DNA of 64,000 nt. It comes from an uncultured bacterium. GTDB lineage: Bacteria > Oederibacteriota > JAAXVQ01 > JAUVAV01. The stretch covers positions 160,001 to 224,000 of the forward strand of contig CAVQBK010000001.1 in the NCBI GenBank assembly GCA_963710755.1, written 5' to 3'. This document shows positions 10,890 to 19,588 of this stretch, piece after piece (position 1 is the stretch's first letter; the number at the start of each line of letters is the position of its first letter). A program made the position numbers and the translations under genes. Below the pieces are notes generated by a model. That model made no database searches, was not told where the DNA came from, and was given only the letters and a program-made list of their open reading frames with translations.

Positions 10890-11265
10890 TAGCCCACCAT
10901 CAAAACAGGCGCACCTGGCTTTGGATAAGGGATCAAGGAAACAACTCTACCTGATCTGGTGGGTGCTGGGCGTGGCGGCTCAAATCCTGCTCAGCCTGCC
11001 AATGGTGATGAAAACTATTTCCTGGAAGGCGGTTGGCTTGACCTCACTGGTGTTTGTCCCGCTCATGTTTGCGGTTGAAAGCGTCAGTGTTTATTGGGGA
11101 TGGTGGGTATGGAATGAAGATAAACTTTGTGGTCTTAAGGCGGGCTTTATTCCGCTGGAAGAGGTAGCTTTGTATTTTCTGGTAGTGCCGTCGGTGGCGG
11201 TGATGTTTCATCTTGTCTGCCGTCTGTTGAAAGCCGTTTTTCCCAGCTTGAAGGCAGACAATTAA
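10873..11265 (+). CDS. Lycopene-cyclase-domain small membrane protein
   Basis: E..SV.WGWWVW...LCG..AGFIPLEEVALY; AAAGGA RBS. Confidence 0.72.
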   Translation: MMAAPSSPPSKQAHLALDKGSRKQLYLIWWVLGVAAQILLSLPMVMKTISWKAVGLTSLVFVPLMFAVESVSVYWGWWVWNEDKLCGLKAGFIPLEEVALYFLVVPSVAVMFHLVCRLLKAVFPSLKADN

Positions 11266-11303
11266 AATCCGGCAAGTAGCATCGAAAGGAAGGACTTGGA
11301 AAA

Positions 11304-11825
11304 ATGAATTTTCTTTATGCATGGCGTGGGGAACTATACACCCTGGCAAGCATTGTTTCGACTTGGTTTGCCATTAAATGGATTTTTAAAAAGAATCCGA
11401 CCATTTATATGCTGGCCGGGGCTCTGGTAGGTCTGGCCAATGAGTTTATGACCGAGCCGCTTTGGACTTACCATATGCAGTTTTACTTATGGCGGGACAT
11501 CTCGCCGTTCACTATTCTGGGATGGGGCCCGCTTTTTGCCATTATAGTGCTTGGCTCGGAAGCACTTTATAAAAAGTTGTTCCCTTCCAGTCCAGTGCGA
11601 AATTGGAAAATTATTCTTACTGATTTAATGGTGGGAGCGCCTTTGATGGTGGCAGGCGAGACTTTGGGACTAAGGGTGCTGCACATCTGGGAATATAATA
11701 GTGTCCTGCAATGGCATGCTATGGTGCCCTTGATTAATTACCCCTTGGCCGGACTGGTCAGCATGGCCTTTTTCATTATGGCCATGCCGGCTGTTGTGCG
11801 CTACTGGGCGGAGAAAGGAGCCTGA
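11304..11825 (+). CDS. Membrane protein with two E..W.Y..P repeats (CruF/DUF2878-like)
   Basis: NEFMTEPLWTY...DISPFTILGWG and GETLGL...WEY...NYPL; paralogue of the next gene. Confidence 0.65.
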   Translation: MNFLYAWRGELYTLASIVSTWFAIKWIFKKNPTIYMLAGALVGLANEFMTEPLWTYHMQFYLWRDISPFTILGWGPLFAIIVLGSEALYKKLFPSSPVRNWKIILTDLMVGAPLMVAGETLGLRVLHIWEYNSVLQWHAMVPLINYPLAGLVSMAFFIMAMPAVVRYWAEKGA

Positions 11826-11826
11826 C

Positions 11827-12366
11827 ATGTGGACATTGGTGACGGCCTGGAGGTCTGAATTGCTCACGGTTTTGGCGTTTGCTTTTTCCTGGTGGTTTTT
11901 CAGTCGCATGCTGCACCTGTCTTTTTTAAAGACCTGGGTTCCCGGATTTTTACTAGGAGCAGCGGTGGAGATCATGACCGAGCCGGAATGGACTTACACC
12001 ATGCAATGTTACATCTGGCGTGATGTCTCGCCTTTTGTCATGATGGGATGGGGGATTATGTTTTCTTGGATGATATTATTTTCCGACAAACTTTACCGTA
12101 CTTTTTTCCATGTGACCATGTCAGAACGGGCGCCCCAGGATCCCCGATTATGGCTGACCGATGTGCTGGTGGGCCTGCCGTTTTTTTTAGGAAATGAACT
12201 TTTTGGACTTCATATTTTAAAGAGTTGGAAATATAATGCAGTTTTACAATGGACTACGATGCTGCCGGGTATTAATTATCCACTGGAAGGCTTGGTCGCC
12301 ATTTTATTTTTTAGTCTGGGACTACCGGCCGCAGTACGCTTTTGGAAAGGATACCCTGTGCCTTGA
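11827..12366 (+). CDS. Membrane protein, tandem paralogue of 11304-11825
   Basis: VEIMTEPEWTY...WRDVSPFVMMGWG and NELFGL...WKYNAVLQW...INYPL; AAGGAG RBS. Confidence 0.68.
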   Translation: MWTLVTAWRSELLTVLAFAFSWWFFSRMLHLSFLKTWVPGFLLGAAVEIMTEPEWTYTMQCYIWRDVSPFVMMGWGIMFSWMILFSDKLYRTFFHVTMSERAPQDPRLWLTDVLVGLPFFLGNELFGLHILKSWKYNAVLQWTTMLPGINYPLEGLVAILFFSLGLPAAVRFWKGYPVP

Positions 12367-14063
12367 AAGCCCTTGTCAACCTGGATGTTAAACTTCTGCG
12401 TCTTAGTATTTGGATCACCCTTGGGGCGGCCTTGTTGTTTCTGCCGGTACAGCACTTTTTTGTTCCACCTGCCACACGGCCCATGGTCTACGCAGCCTTG
12501 GGATTTACGCTGGTTTACACGGGCGTGTTGTTTCTGGGGTTTCATTTAAAAAAATACCGTTTAACCGCAATTGCTTTTGTTTTTTTTCACCTCATTACCG
12601 ATTCTTTTGCCATTAGCGCTCATCCGGACAATTTGTTGATTTATGCCTTCTTGCTGGTATTCCTGTTCATTTTTATCTTCAATATACTTCTGGTGCGTTG
12701 GCCGGAAGTGATCGGAAGTGATGTGGTACTGCTGGCGGGCGTGCTGGTTTATATGCTATGGCCGGTCACCGGATTCTTGGGAGCTTTGCGGGAATGGAAT
12801 GTGGATCCGGGATTTGGGGTCGGCGCTATATTTGTTTTTTTTAGTCTGCTTGCCCTATTGGGTACCGCTGCTATTGAGACTATCCGCAGGAAAGAAGAAA
12901 AACTAATCATCATTAATGCCAATCTTCACCGCTTGGTAGCCGAACAGGTAAATAAAATCATTCAGTCTGACAAGGAAAAGCGGGCTTATCAGGAACAGGT
13001 GGAGAGCATTTTGCGCCACATTCCCGTAGGCGTGGTCATTGTAGATCGGGAACTAAATGTGCTCTACAGCAATGGCGTGCACATCAAGGAAGCCCGAGCG
13101 CAGGGCCCTGATAATGACGACCAGGAATCAATATTGCCACAGGACGTGCTTAAAAGTGATTTGTTAAAAGCCAAATTTGATCTGGCCCTAAGTTCTCAAA
13201 AAAAATTGGTAGGGCAGCATTTTACTCATGTTGGAAAAAATGACCAGACGCGAATTATTCGTTATTCTTATGTGCCGGTTAATTTGGATCCCGACGATCA
13301 ACACCTAAAGCTAGTCTTGATCACCGAAGATATTACCCAGGAAGAAAATATGCGCGAAAAGTTGATGCGTACGGAGCATATGGCGGAAATGGGCAAGATG
13401 GCCGCCAATTTGGCCCATGAAGTTAATAATCCACTGGCGGGTATCAAGCTTTATTTGGAATTACTGGAACAGGGGATTGAAGATGACGGTAAACGCAAAC
13501 GTATTTTCACCATCCTTGATACCAGCATTGCCCGCATCGACAAGATTATCAAAGGTTTCTTAACCTTTTCCCGGCAGGAAAAAGCCCGGAAAGACCAGAT
13601 TAACCTGGCCGCGGTTATGAAAGAAACACTGGATATTGCTGTTGGATTTAAACCGTTGCATCATATTGATATTGACATTAACTTATCCAAAGACTTGCCT
13701 TTTGTTGCGGCTGACCGCTACAAAATGGGCCAGGTGTTTCTTAATTTAATCAATAATGCTAAAGATGCCATGCCCCAGGGCGGCCGCCTGCAGATATCCG
13801 CGCGTAGGGAGGAGGATCACATTGTCTTGGTGTTTGCAGATAATGGAATGGGTATTAAAAAAGAAGATGTTCCCCATGTTTTTACTCCTTTTTACACCAC
13901 CAAGGAAAGAGGTCATGGTACGGGTTTGGGCTTGTCTACCTGCTATGGGATTATTCAGGATCATGGTGGTACCATTGATGTCAGCAGTCGGGAAGGGGTA
14001 GGGACTACTTTCACGATAAAAATACCTATTGTCTTGACCAAGAAAGGATTATTCCATGGCTAG
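12363..14063 (+). CDS. Multi-TM sensor histidine kinase with PAS-like domain (NtrB-type)
   Basis: About 6 TMs, IPVGVVIVD, AHEVNNPL, QVFLNLINNA, DNGMG, FTPFYTTK, GTGLGL; TTG overlapping the upstream TGA (alternative start 12342). Confidence 0.92.
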   Translation: MKALVNLDVKLLRLSIWITLGAALLFLPVQHFFVPPATRPMVYAALGFTLVYTGVLFLGFHLKKYRLTAIAFVFFHLITDSFAISAHPDNLLIYAFLLVFLFIFIFNILLVRWPEVIGSDVVLLAGVLVYMLWPVTGFLGALREWNVDPGFGVGAIFVFFSLLALLGTAAIETIRRKEEKLIIINANLHRLVAEQVNKIIQSDKEKRAYQEQVESILRHIPVGVVIVDRELNVLYSNGVHIKEARAQGPDNDDQESILPQDVLKSDLLKAKFDLALSSQKKLVGQHFTHVGKNDQTRIIRYSYVPVNLDPDDQHLKLVLITEDITQEENMREKLMRTEHMAEMGKMAANLAHEVNNPLAGIKLYLELLEQGIEDDGKRKRIFTILDTSIARIDKIIKGFLTFSRQEKARKDQINLAAVMKETLDIAVGFKPLHHIDIDINLSKDLPFVAADRYKMGQVFLNLINNAKDAMPQGGRLQISARREEDHIVLVFADNGMGIKKEDVPHVFTPFYTTKERGHGTGLGLSTCYGIIQDHGGTIDVSSREGVGTTFTIKIPIVLTKKGLFHG

Positions 14064-14406
14064 ACGCCTTTTAGTGGTTGATGATGAAATGGTTATTCGC
14101 GATCCCATAACCATTTATTTGGAACAACTGGGGTATACAGTTGACCATGCGGAAAATGGTGTGGAAGCTCTGCATTTAATTTGTTCCAAAACCTATGATT
14201 TGGTGATTCTTGACATCAGTATGCCCTATATGAATGGCCATGAGTTGAGCCAAGCTTTGAAGGACGAAGGACAAACCGTGCCCATTTTGATTATTTCCGC
14301 CAAAGTGCCCAGCACGCCGCTCCATCAAGAGGCAGGCCGGCTCATCAAACCTTTTTCGTTGAAAGCTCTGGCCCAGGAAATCGAAAATATTTTAAACACT
14401 CCTTAA
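14056..14406 (+). CDS. Single-domain response regulator
   Basis: LVVDDE, DLVILDISMP.MNG, ISA, KPF. Confidence 0.92.
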   Translation: MARRLLVVDDEMVIRDPITIYLEQLGYTVDHAENGVEALHLICSKTYDLVILDISMPYMNGHELSQALKDEGQTVPILIISAKVPSTPLHQEAGRLIKPFSLKALAQEIENILNTP

Positions 14407-14567
14407 GTGTGCTATGATTAAACGCGCTTGGGTTGGGACGTCTTGTTGCGGCCGGCTGGTAGGTTGAATGAAGCTGAACAGGACGTTGGTTTTTAGACAA
14501 AGCGGACTTGACCATTCCGAAGAGATCTCAAAGCAATAATAGTATATCAGACGGGGGATTAGTGTTC

Positions 14568-14846
14568 ATGGCAAAAAAAGTCAATACCAAGCTTGAAAAA
14601 AAGCAGTTTTTTATGGGATTCTTTACGTTTTTAGGTGTTTTTTTGCTTTCTTACGTATGGGTGTTGTTTATTACCCCTATTCCTTATACCTCGGCCGGCT
14701 TATATGCCTTGATCAGCTTTTTAACGGGTGTGCTGGCCTCGGTAGTCTTGATATTTACACGTCATTCTCTAATGGGGTTAGGTGGTAGTTTGGCAGCAAT
14801 CCTCTATGTGGTTTTCTTCGCCGTGACCTGGAGTCTGGTGCGCTAA
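14568..14846 (+). CDS. Small 3-TM hypothetical protein
   Basis: Basic N-terminus followed by three hydrophobic helices. Confidence 0.6.
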   Translation: MAKKVNTKLEKKQFFMGFFTFLGVFLLSYVWVLFITPIPYTSAGLYALISFLTGVLASVVLIFTRHSLMGLGGSLAAILYVVFFAVTWSLVR

Positions 14847-16109
14847 GATCTTGAGGTCAAAACGATCGAGGCTGAACAGGAAACTGTTGCCGCCACGCTG
14901 ATTGACGGTGGTCCATAAATGACCCTGATGTTTGGCAATGATTTTTTGGCAAATGGCCAGCCCCAATCCGCTTCCTGTTTTTTTAGATGTTGACTTGATG
15001 CGGTAAAACTTTTCGAAGACCCGATTCCGCTGATCCTCGGTCAGGGGCGTTCCCAAATCATCGATCGAAAAAATGACCTTCTCACCTTTGCTGTAACAAT
15101 TAATATAGACTGGTGTTTGATCAGGAGCATATTTCAAGGCGTTGGAGATCAAGTTGGACAAGACTTGCAACAAACGAAGTTTATCCGCTTTGACCATAAG
15201 CGCCTTTTGGATCTGTTCCAATTGCACTCGATCCAACTGTCCCGGCTCACTGCCTTTGATGGAAGCCAAAGCTTCAGTGATCAAGTTAGCGCAGGAAACA
15301 GGTTCGAATTTCAGATCCAATTTATCCAATTCCAATTTGGTCAATACTAAAAGATCATTAATCATACGTTCGATATAACTGCTGTTCTTTTTAATGATGG
15401 TACTGAATTCCAATTGATCGTCGGTAAGGGGTCCCAGTTTGCCTTTCATGAAAAGTGTGGCGAATCCGCCGATGGAAGTGATAGGGGTGCGCAATTCATG
15501 GGCCACCATAGAAATGCTTTCCGAACGGGCCAATTCAGCTTCGCGCAACTCATCATTAGCTTTGCGTAATTGATCAGTTGTACTTCTTATTTCTTTTTCG
15601 AGTTCCTGATTAAAGGTTTCCTGGCGTTCAAAAGCCTTGGCATTGGCCAGGGCCGAGGCCAGCATAGTACTGATTTTTTCAAGCAGGGTTAAATCTTCTC
15701 CGGTAAAGACCGGGGTTTCGGCGTCGAGAGAAAGCTGGATAGCACCAATGGGACGGCCCTCCACCAGCAAGGGCAGGGTCATAAAATGTCCTTTCTCCTG
15801 TTCTTCGACTTGGTGGGAGGGAGCTGCCTGGGTTTGAGCATTCAAGATGGTGCGCTCACCCGTCGTGATTACCCATTGGGCCAAACCGCTGGCCGTATCA
15901 GGGCTCGATTTTTGAAGTAAATGGTCTTGAGCGTCCAAAGTAAAGGACTTTAGATCAGCGGCGGGTGCGGTTAGATAGAGAAAGACCTGAGCCTGGCGAT
16001 AGAGATCCTTTAAAGCCAGCAACCCATGGTAAATGACTTTTTTGACCCGCAGGGATTGGTGCAGCGATTGCGCCAGATCCAATAATTTCAACATTTGGGG
16101 AAGATACAT
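14778..16109 (-). CDS. Soluble GAF-domain histidine kinase
   Basis: GAF-like LPLLVEGRPIGAI..FT.EDL.LL; AHELRTP, NLISNALKY, FEKFYR, GSGLGL. Confidence 0.9.
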   Translation of the reverse strand: MYLPQMLKLLDLAQSLHQSLRVKKVIYHGLLALKDLYRQAQVFLYLTAPAADLKSFTLDAQDHLLQKSSPDTASGLAQWVITTGERTILNAQTQAAPSHQVEEQEKGHFMTLPLLVEGRPIGAIQLSLDAETPVFTGEDLTLLEKISTMLASALANAKAFERQETFNQELEKEIRSTTDQLRKANDELREAELARSESISMVAHELRTPITSIGGFATLFMKGKLGPLTDDQLEFSTIIKKNSSYIERMINDLLVLTKLELDKLDLKFEPVSCANLITEALASIKGSEPGQLDRVQLEQIQKALMVKADKLRLLQVLSNLISNALKYAPDQTPVYINCYSKGEKVIFSIDDLGTPLTEDQRNRVFEKFYRIKSTSKKTGSGLGLAICQKIIAKHQGHLWTTVNQRGGNSFLFSLDRFDLKILAHQTPGHGEENHIEDCCQTTT

Positions 16110-16310
16110 GCCAAAGACTCCGGGACAATCAGGTTAGGCCACGAATTAAATGCTACTGTGAACTGATGCGTTGTATTATACGGTAGCCGGTTTAGGAGAA
16201 CAACCTTTATTCCCGCTAATTAGGCCTGGACTGGTTTCTGGGCTATTGACATTTGGGGAGCAAGCGTCAATAATGATTCTCGCTTATCCTATCAGGGGGT
16301 CAACCGTTCG

Positions 16311-16697
16311 ATGGATCAACATATGTCGGATTTTATGAAATTGGACGATGATTTCGAGCTGTTTATAAAAGATTTTGTCAATACCTTCGTGAAATGGGAG
16401 TTGGTCCAATTTTTTCATGATCATCAGGAGGCGTCTTTTTCGCTTGATGACTTGTCCCAGAAATTGAACCGTTCTCCCAAAACACTTAAAAGCGAGATGG
16501 ATGAGCTGGTGGATAAAGGCTTTTTACAGACTCGCAAGGGCAAGGACGTCACTTATCGTTTGCTGGATTCCAAATCAATCCGCTATACGGAATTAACAGG
16601 ATTGTTGGAACGCTTTGTGGAATTTTGCAAAAGCCGTGAAGGCCGGCTGCGTGTTATTTATAAAATTCTCAAGGATGGCAAACCGCTCCAAAGTTGA
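16311..16697 (+). CDS. Small winged-helix-like protein
   Basis: SLDDLSQKLNRS...LDELVDKGFL....VTYRL pattern. Confidence 0.65.
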   Translation: MDQHMSDFMKLDDDFELFIKDFVNTFVKWELVQFFHDHQEASFSLDDLSQKLNRSPKTLKSEMDELVDKGFLQTRKGKDVTYRLLDSKSIRYTELTGLLERFVEFCKSREGRLRVIYKILKDGKPLQS

Positions 16698-16794
16698 ACC
16701 ATACTGGAATGGATTTCCTTGGAATGCTGGAGCTCACGGCGAAAAGTTGAAATAACAGGTTTGGACCAAACCGACAGGACCCGCAAAGCGTGAA

Positions 16795-16906
16795 TAATAC
16801 GCTGCCATGAATTACGGTGTATTTGGATATGAAAGGAAGAAAAATATTGTTTCTTTATTGTCGCTTGTTCCGCATTTAAGTAGGGAATGAAGCGAGGACG
16901 TATTAA
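16795..16906 (+). repeat. Full copy of the intergenic element, with terminal inverted repeats TAATACG...CGTATTA
   Basis: Aligns end to end with 22870-22986; two internal hairpins. Confidence 0.8.
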
Positions 16907-16923
16907 AATGGAGGCAAGCAAGT

Positions 16924-18483
16924 ATGGTTAGGGTTAAAGCTCAGTTTTGGGTTTATACAATAACGATTCTAGGAATCATAAATCTCCTGACCGGATGTAC
17001 CAATATTCAAGATCTTCAAAAGCAAATTCACTCTACCGCTGCGGCGGGCCACTATTTTCCTCAAAAAGCCAAAGATTTGAACGCCTTGCTAAAAAAAGCC
17101 TTTCAGGCAGCGCCCAGCCCCAAACTAGATGGCAACCCCATCGGGTTGATGGTACCCCATGGCGCTATGAAATATACGGGGGTTATCACGGCCATGGCCA
17201 TGCGGACCTTAACCCGTACGGACGTGGATACCATTTATATTCTGGGGACATCCCATTTTGCCAATGTTCGAGGGGCCATTACCTGGCAAGGCCAGGCTTG
17301 GCGCACACCTTTGGGTCTGTACGCCATTGATCAACAGGCCGTGCGCGAACTCCTGCGAGACTGCCCCTATATCCATCTATGGCCTTCAGCTTGGAAACAG
17401 GAGTACTCGGTGGATGTGCCCATACCCTTTCTCCAAACAGTGGCACCCAAGGCAAAGATGGTCCCCCTTATATTTGGCACCACCAATTGGGAAGAGACCT
17501 GGGCTATTGCCAGGGCCATCGCGGCCAATGCCAAAGGCAAGAAGGCCCTGGTGCTCATTTCGGTTGACCTGGCCCATTATCCCTCTGCCGAGGATAGCAT
17601 GGTCATCGACCGGCAAGTTTTAAGTACCATTCAGCGTTTTGATCCTTATGCTTTGGAAAAGCTGGATGCTCGGTTACTGGCCAAAGATATTCCTAATTTA
17701 ATATGCACCGTCTGTGGCTTAGCGGCCCTGAAAACCGGCATGGTGGCCACCAATTTGATGGGGGCCAATAAAATTCAAAAGATCCAATATGCCAATACAG
17801 CCATGATTGCAGGCAAGAAGACCAAGGTCGTGGGGTACGGCAGTCTGGCTTTCGTTAACGATCCCCAACAATCGCCGGTCACCCTGGTAGAGAAACATCC
17901 AAGTCAGGAATCTGTCCGGTGGCATGAAGCAGATATTCAGGAACTTCTGGACATTGCCCGTGCGGCGATTGTCGAAGGTATTGCCACGGGCAAACAATTG
18001 CGCCCTACCACCGCCAACCCCAGGCTCCTGGAGAAACATGCTGTATTCATTGAATTGACCAATCGGGACGGTGATGTCAGAGGCAGTATGGGGGTTATGG
18101 AACCGCGATTACCTTTATACCAGAGTGTGGCACAAATGGCCGTGGCCGCAGCATTTAAAGATCCCCGTTATGATCACATAAAAGCATCGGAACTTCCTGA
18201 CCTCAATATTGAGTTGTCCTTAATTTCACCTTTAAAACCCATAAGCGATGTGGGGGAAATTAAGCTGGGGCAGGAGGGTGTCTTAATTAGAAGAGGCAGA
18301 CGGGAAGGGTTTTATTTTCCGCAAGTGCCTATCCAAAAAAAATGGTCCAAAGAGGAGTTGTTAACCAACCTTTGCCTCCAAAAAGCCCGATTGCCTGAAA
18401 AGGCTTGGCAGGAGAAAGGGTCCCAGCTTTATGTTTTTACAGTGAGGTCTTTTAAACAGCCTGCACCAGGGCGAAATCCATAG
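16924..18483 (+). CDS. MEMO1 (AmrB)-AMMECR1 (AmrA) fusion with a putative lipoprotein signal
   Basis: AAAG.YFP, VPHG..YTG, W.TPLG, PFLQ, DLAHY, CG; C-terminal AVFI.L...RGSMG, AAFKDPRY, FPQV, LC.KA; LTGC lipobox. Confidence 0.85.
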   Translation: MVRVKAQFWVYTITILGIINLLTGCTNIQDLQKQIHSTAAAGHYFPQKAKDLNALLKKAFQAAPSPKLDGNPIGLMVPHGAMKYTGVITAMAMRTLTRTDVDTIYILGTSHFANVRGAITWQGQAWRTPLGLYAIDQQAVRELLRDCPYIHLWPSAWKQEYSVDVPIPFLQTVAPKAKMVPLIFGTTNWEETWAIARAIAANAKGKKALVLISVDLAHYPSAEDSMVIDRQVLSTIQRFDPYALEKLDARLLAKDIPNLICTVCGLAALKTGMVATNLMGANKIQKIQYANTAMIAGKKTKVVGYGSLAFVNDPQQSPVTLVEKHPSQESVRWHEADIQELLDIARAAIVEGIATGKQLRPTTANPRLLEKHAVFIELTNRDGDVRGSMGVMEPRLPLYQSVAQMAVAAAFKDPRYDHIKASELPDLNIELSLISPLKPISDVGEIKLGQEGVLIRRGRREGFYFPQVPIQKKWSKEELLTNLCLQKARLPEKAWQEKGSQLYVFTVRSFKQPAPGRNP

Positions 18484-18537
18484 GCAGATATTGCGTGCCG
18501 GAATTGTTCATTAAGTTTAGCAGGGAGTAGTATTTTA

Positions 18538-19149
18538 ATGATAGTTTTATTCGGCCTGCTTTTGGGGGCGTCCTTGGCAACCTATCCTGTTTTATCCTCA
18601 TCATCGCTTGGCTACGCTTTTCCCAACATTAATGGCCAAGTTTCAGCTCGCCCTACTTTTGGGCGGGTTTTTCGTTTTTTTATTGGACGTTATTTGGGAA
18701 CGCTTTTGTTGGCCATGATTTGCAGCACTGTTGGCGTTTTATTTAAAATGGAATGGACCCAACGTCTGCTGTTGGTGGGATTGATTTTCCTTGGGATTTT
18801 TATCATCCTTTATGCCCTTACCAATGATTCGCCGGAGCTCATTTTAGCGAAAAAAAGTGATGTTACGGGCACGTCCTTACCCCTCATACTCCTGGGATTT
18901 TTGTCTGCTTTTATACTGGCAGCACCCAACATCATTGCGATTTTATGGGTTTTTTTCAATTTTAATTTACAAACAAATTATATTTTTTTTACAAATTTAT
19001 TTCTCGGCCATATGCTCTTTTTTTTACCCTTCCTTTTAAACCGAACCTGGTCAAATAGCCGATTTTACTATTATTTTGCAAGGACAATCCTTATTTTTAA
19101 CGGATGTGTGGTGTTGTTTTATAGTGTGAAGAACCTGTTGTTAAAATGA
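18538..19149 (+). CDS. Polytopic membrane protein (DsbD_2/TauE-like, divergent)
   Basis: About 6 TMs; FFIGRYLG.LLLA resembles the lGR motif; AT-rich. Confidence 0.55.
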   Translation: MIVLFGLLLGASLATYPVLSSSSLGYAFPNINGQVSARPTFGRVFRFFIGRYLGTLLLAMICSTVGVLFKMEWTQRLLLVGLIFLGIFIILYALTNDSPELILAKKSDVTGTSLPLILLGFLSAFILAAPNIIAILWVFFNFNLQTNYIFFTNLFLGHMLFFLPFLLNRTWSNSRFYYYFARTILIFNGCVVLFYSVKNLLLK

Positions 19150-19189
19150 AACATTGGGCTTGCAAATAAAATAATTAGTGAAATCAAAT

Positions 19190-19218
19190 TTGACTTGTCA
19201 TTTTCCAGGTGCTATATT
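19190..19218 (+). promoter_or_regulatory. Putative sigma70 promoter
   Basis: TTGACT-17 nt-TATATT with an extended TG. Confidence 0.5.
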
Positions 19219-19279
19219 TAGAAAAATTGAGAAAATAGGTTCGGTATCAGCAGGTAATGGCTTTAGAAAAAAGTGAGGA

Positions 19280-19564
19280 TTGATGGACCAGGACTTTTCG
19301 ATTTTAAAAAAATCAGTCGGTATTTTGAAGATATTTTCGTATGTTTTGGCAGGAATTGGTATTGCTGGCGCACTAATTATTTTATTAAGTAAAACACCCG
19401 GATCTGGTAAGTTGGCCAGTTTGGGTGTTTTGTTTATGGGGACTTTATATTTTGCAATTGTGTATTTAGTTGCAGAAGTAATTAAGTTGCTGTTGGAAAT
19501 TAATGAACGTTTAAAAAACCTATCGCAGACCGTCCAGCAGCCTTCTAAGCGTGAAATTCGATAA
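19280..19564 (+). CDS. Small 2-TM protein
   Basis: Two TMs then a helical tail; GAGG RBS. Confidence 0.65.
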   Translation: MMDQDFSILKKSVGILKIFSYVLAGIGIAGALIILLSKTPGSGKLASLGVLFMGTLYFAIVYLVAEVIKLLLEINERLKNLSQTVQQPSKREIR

Positions 19565-19588
19565 TGATAACTGGAGGGTCGTCATTTC

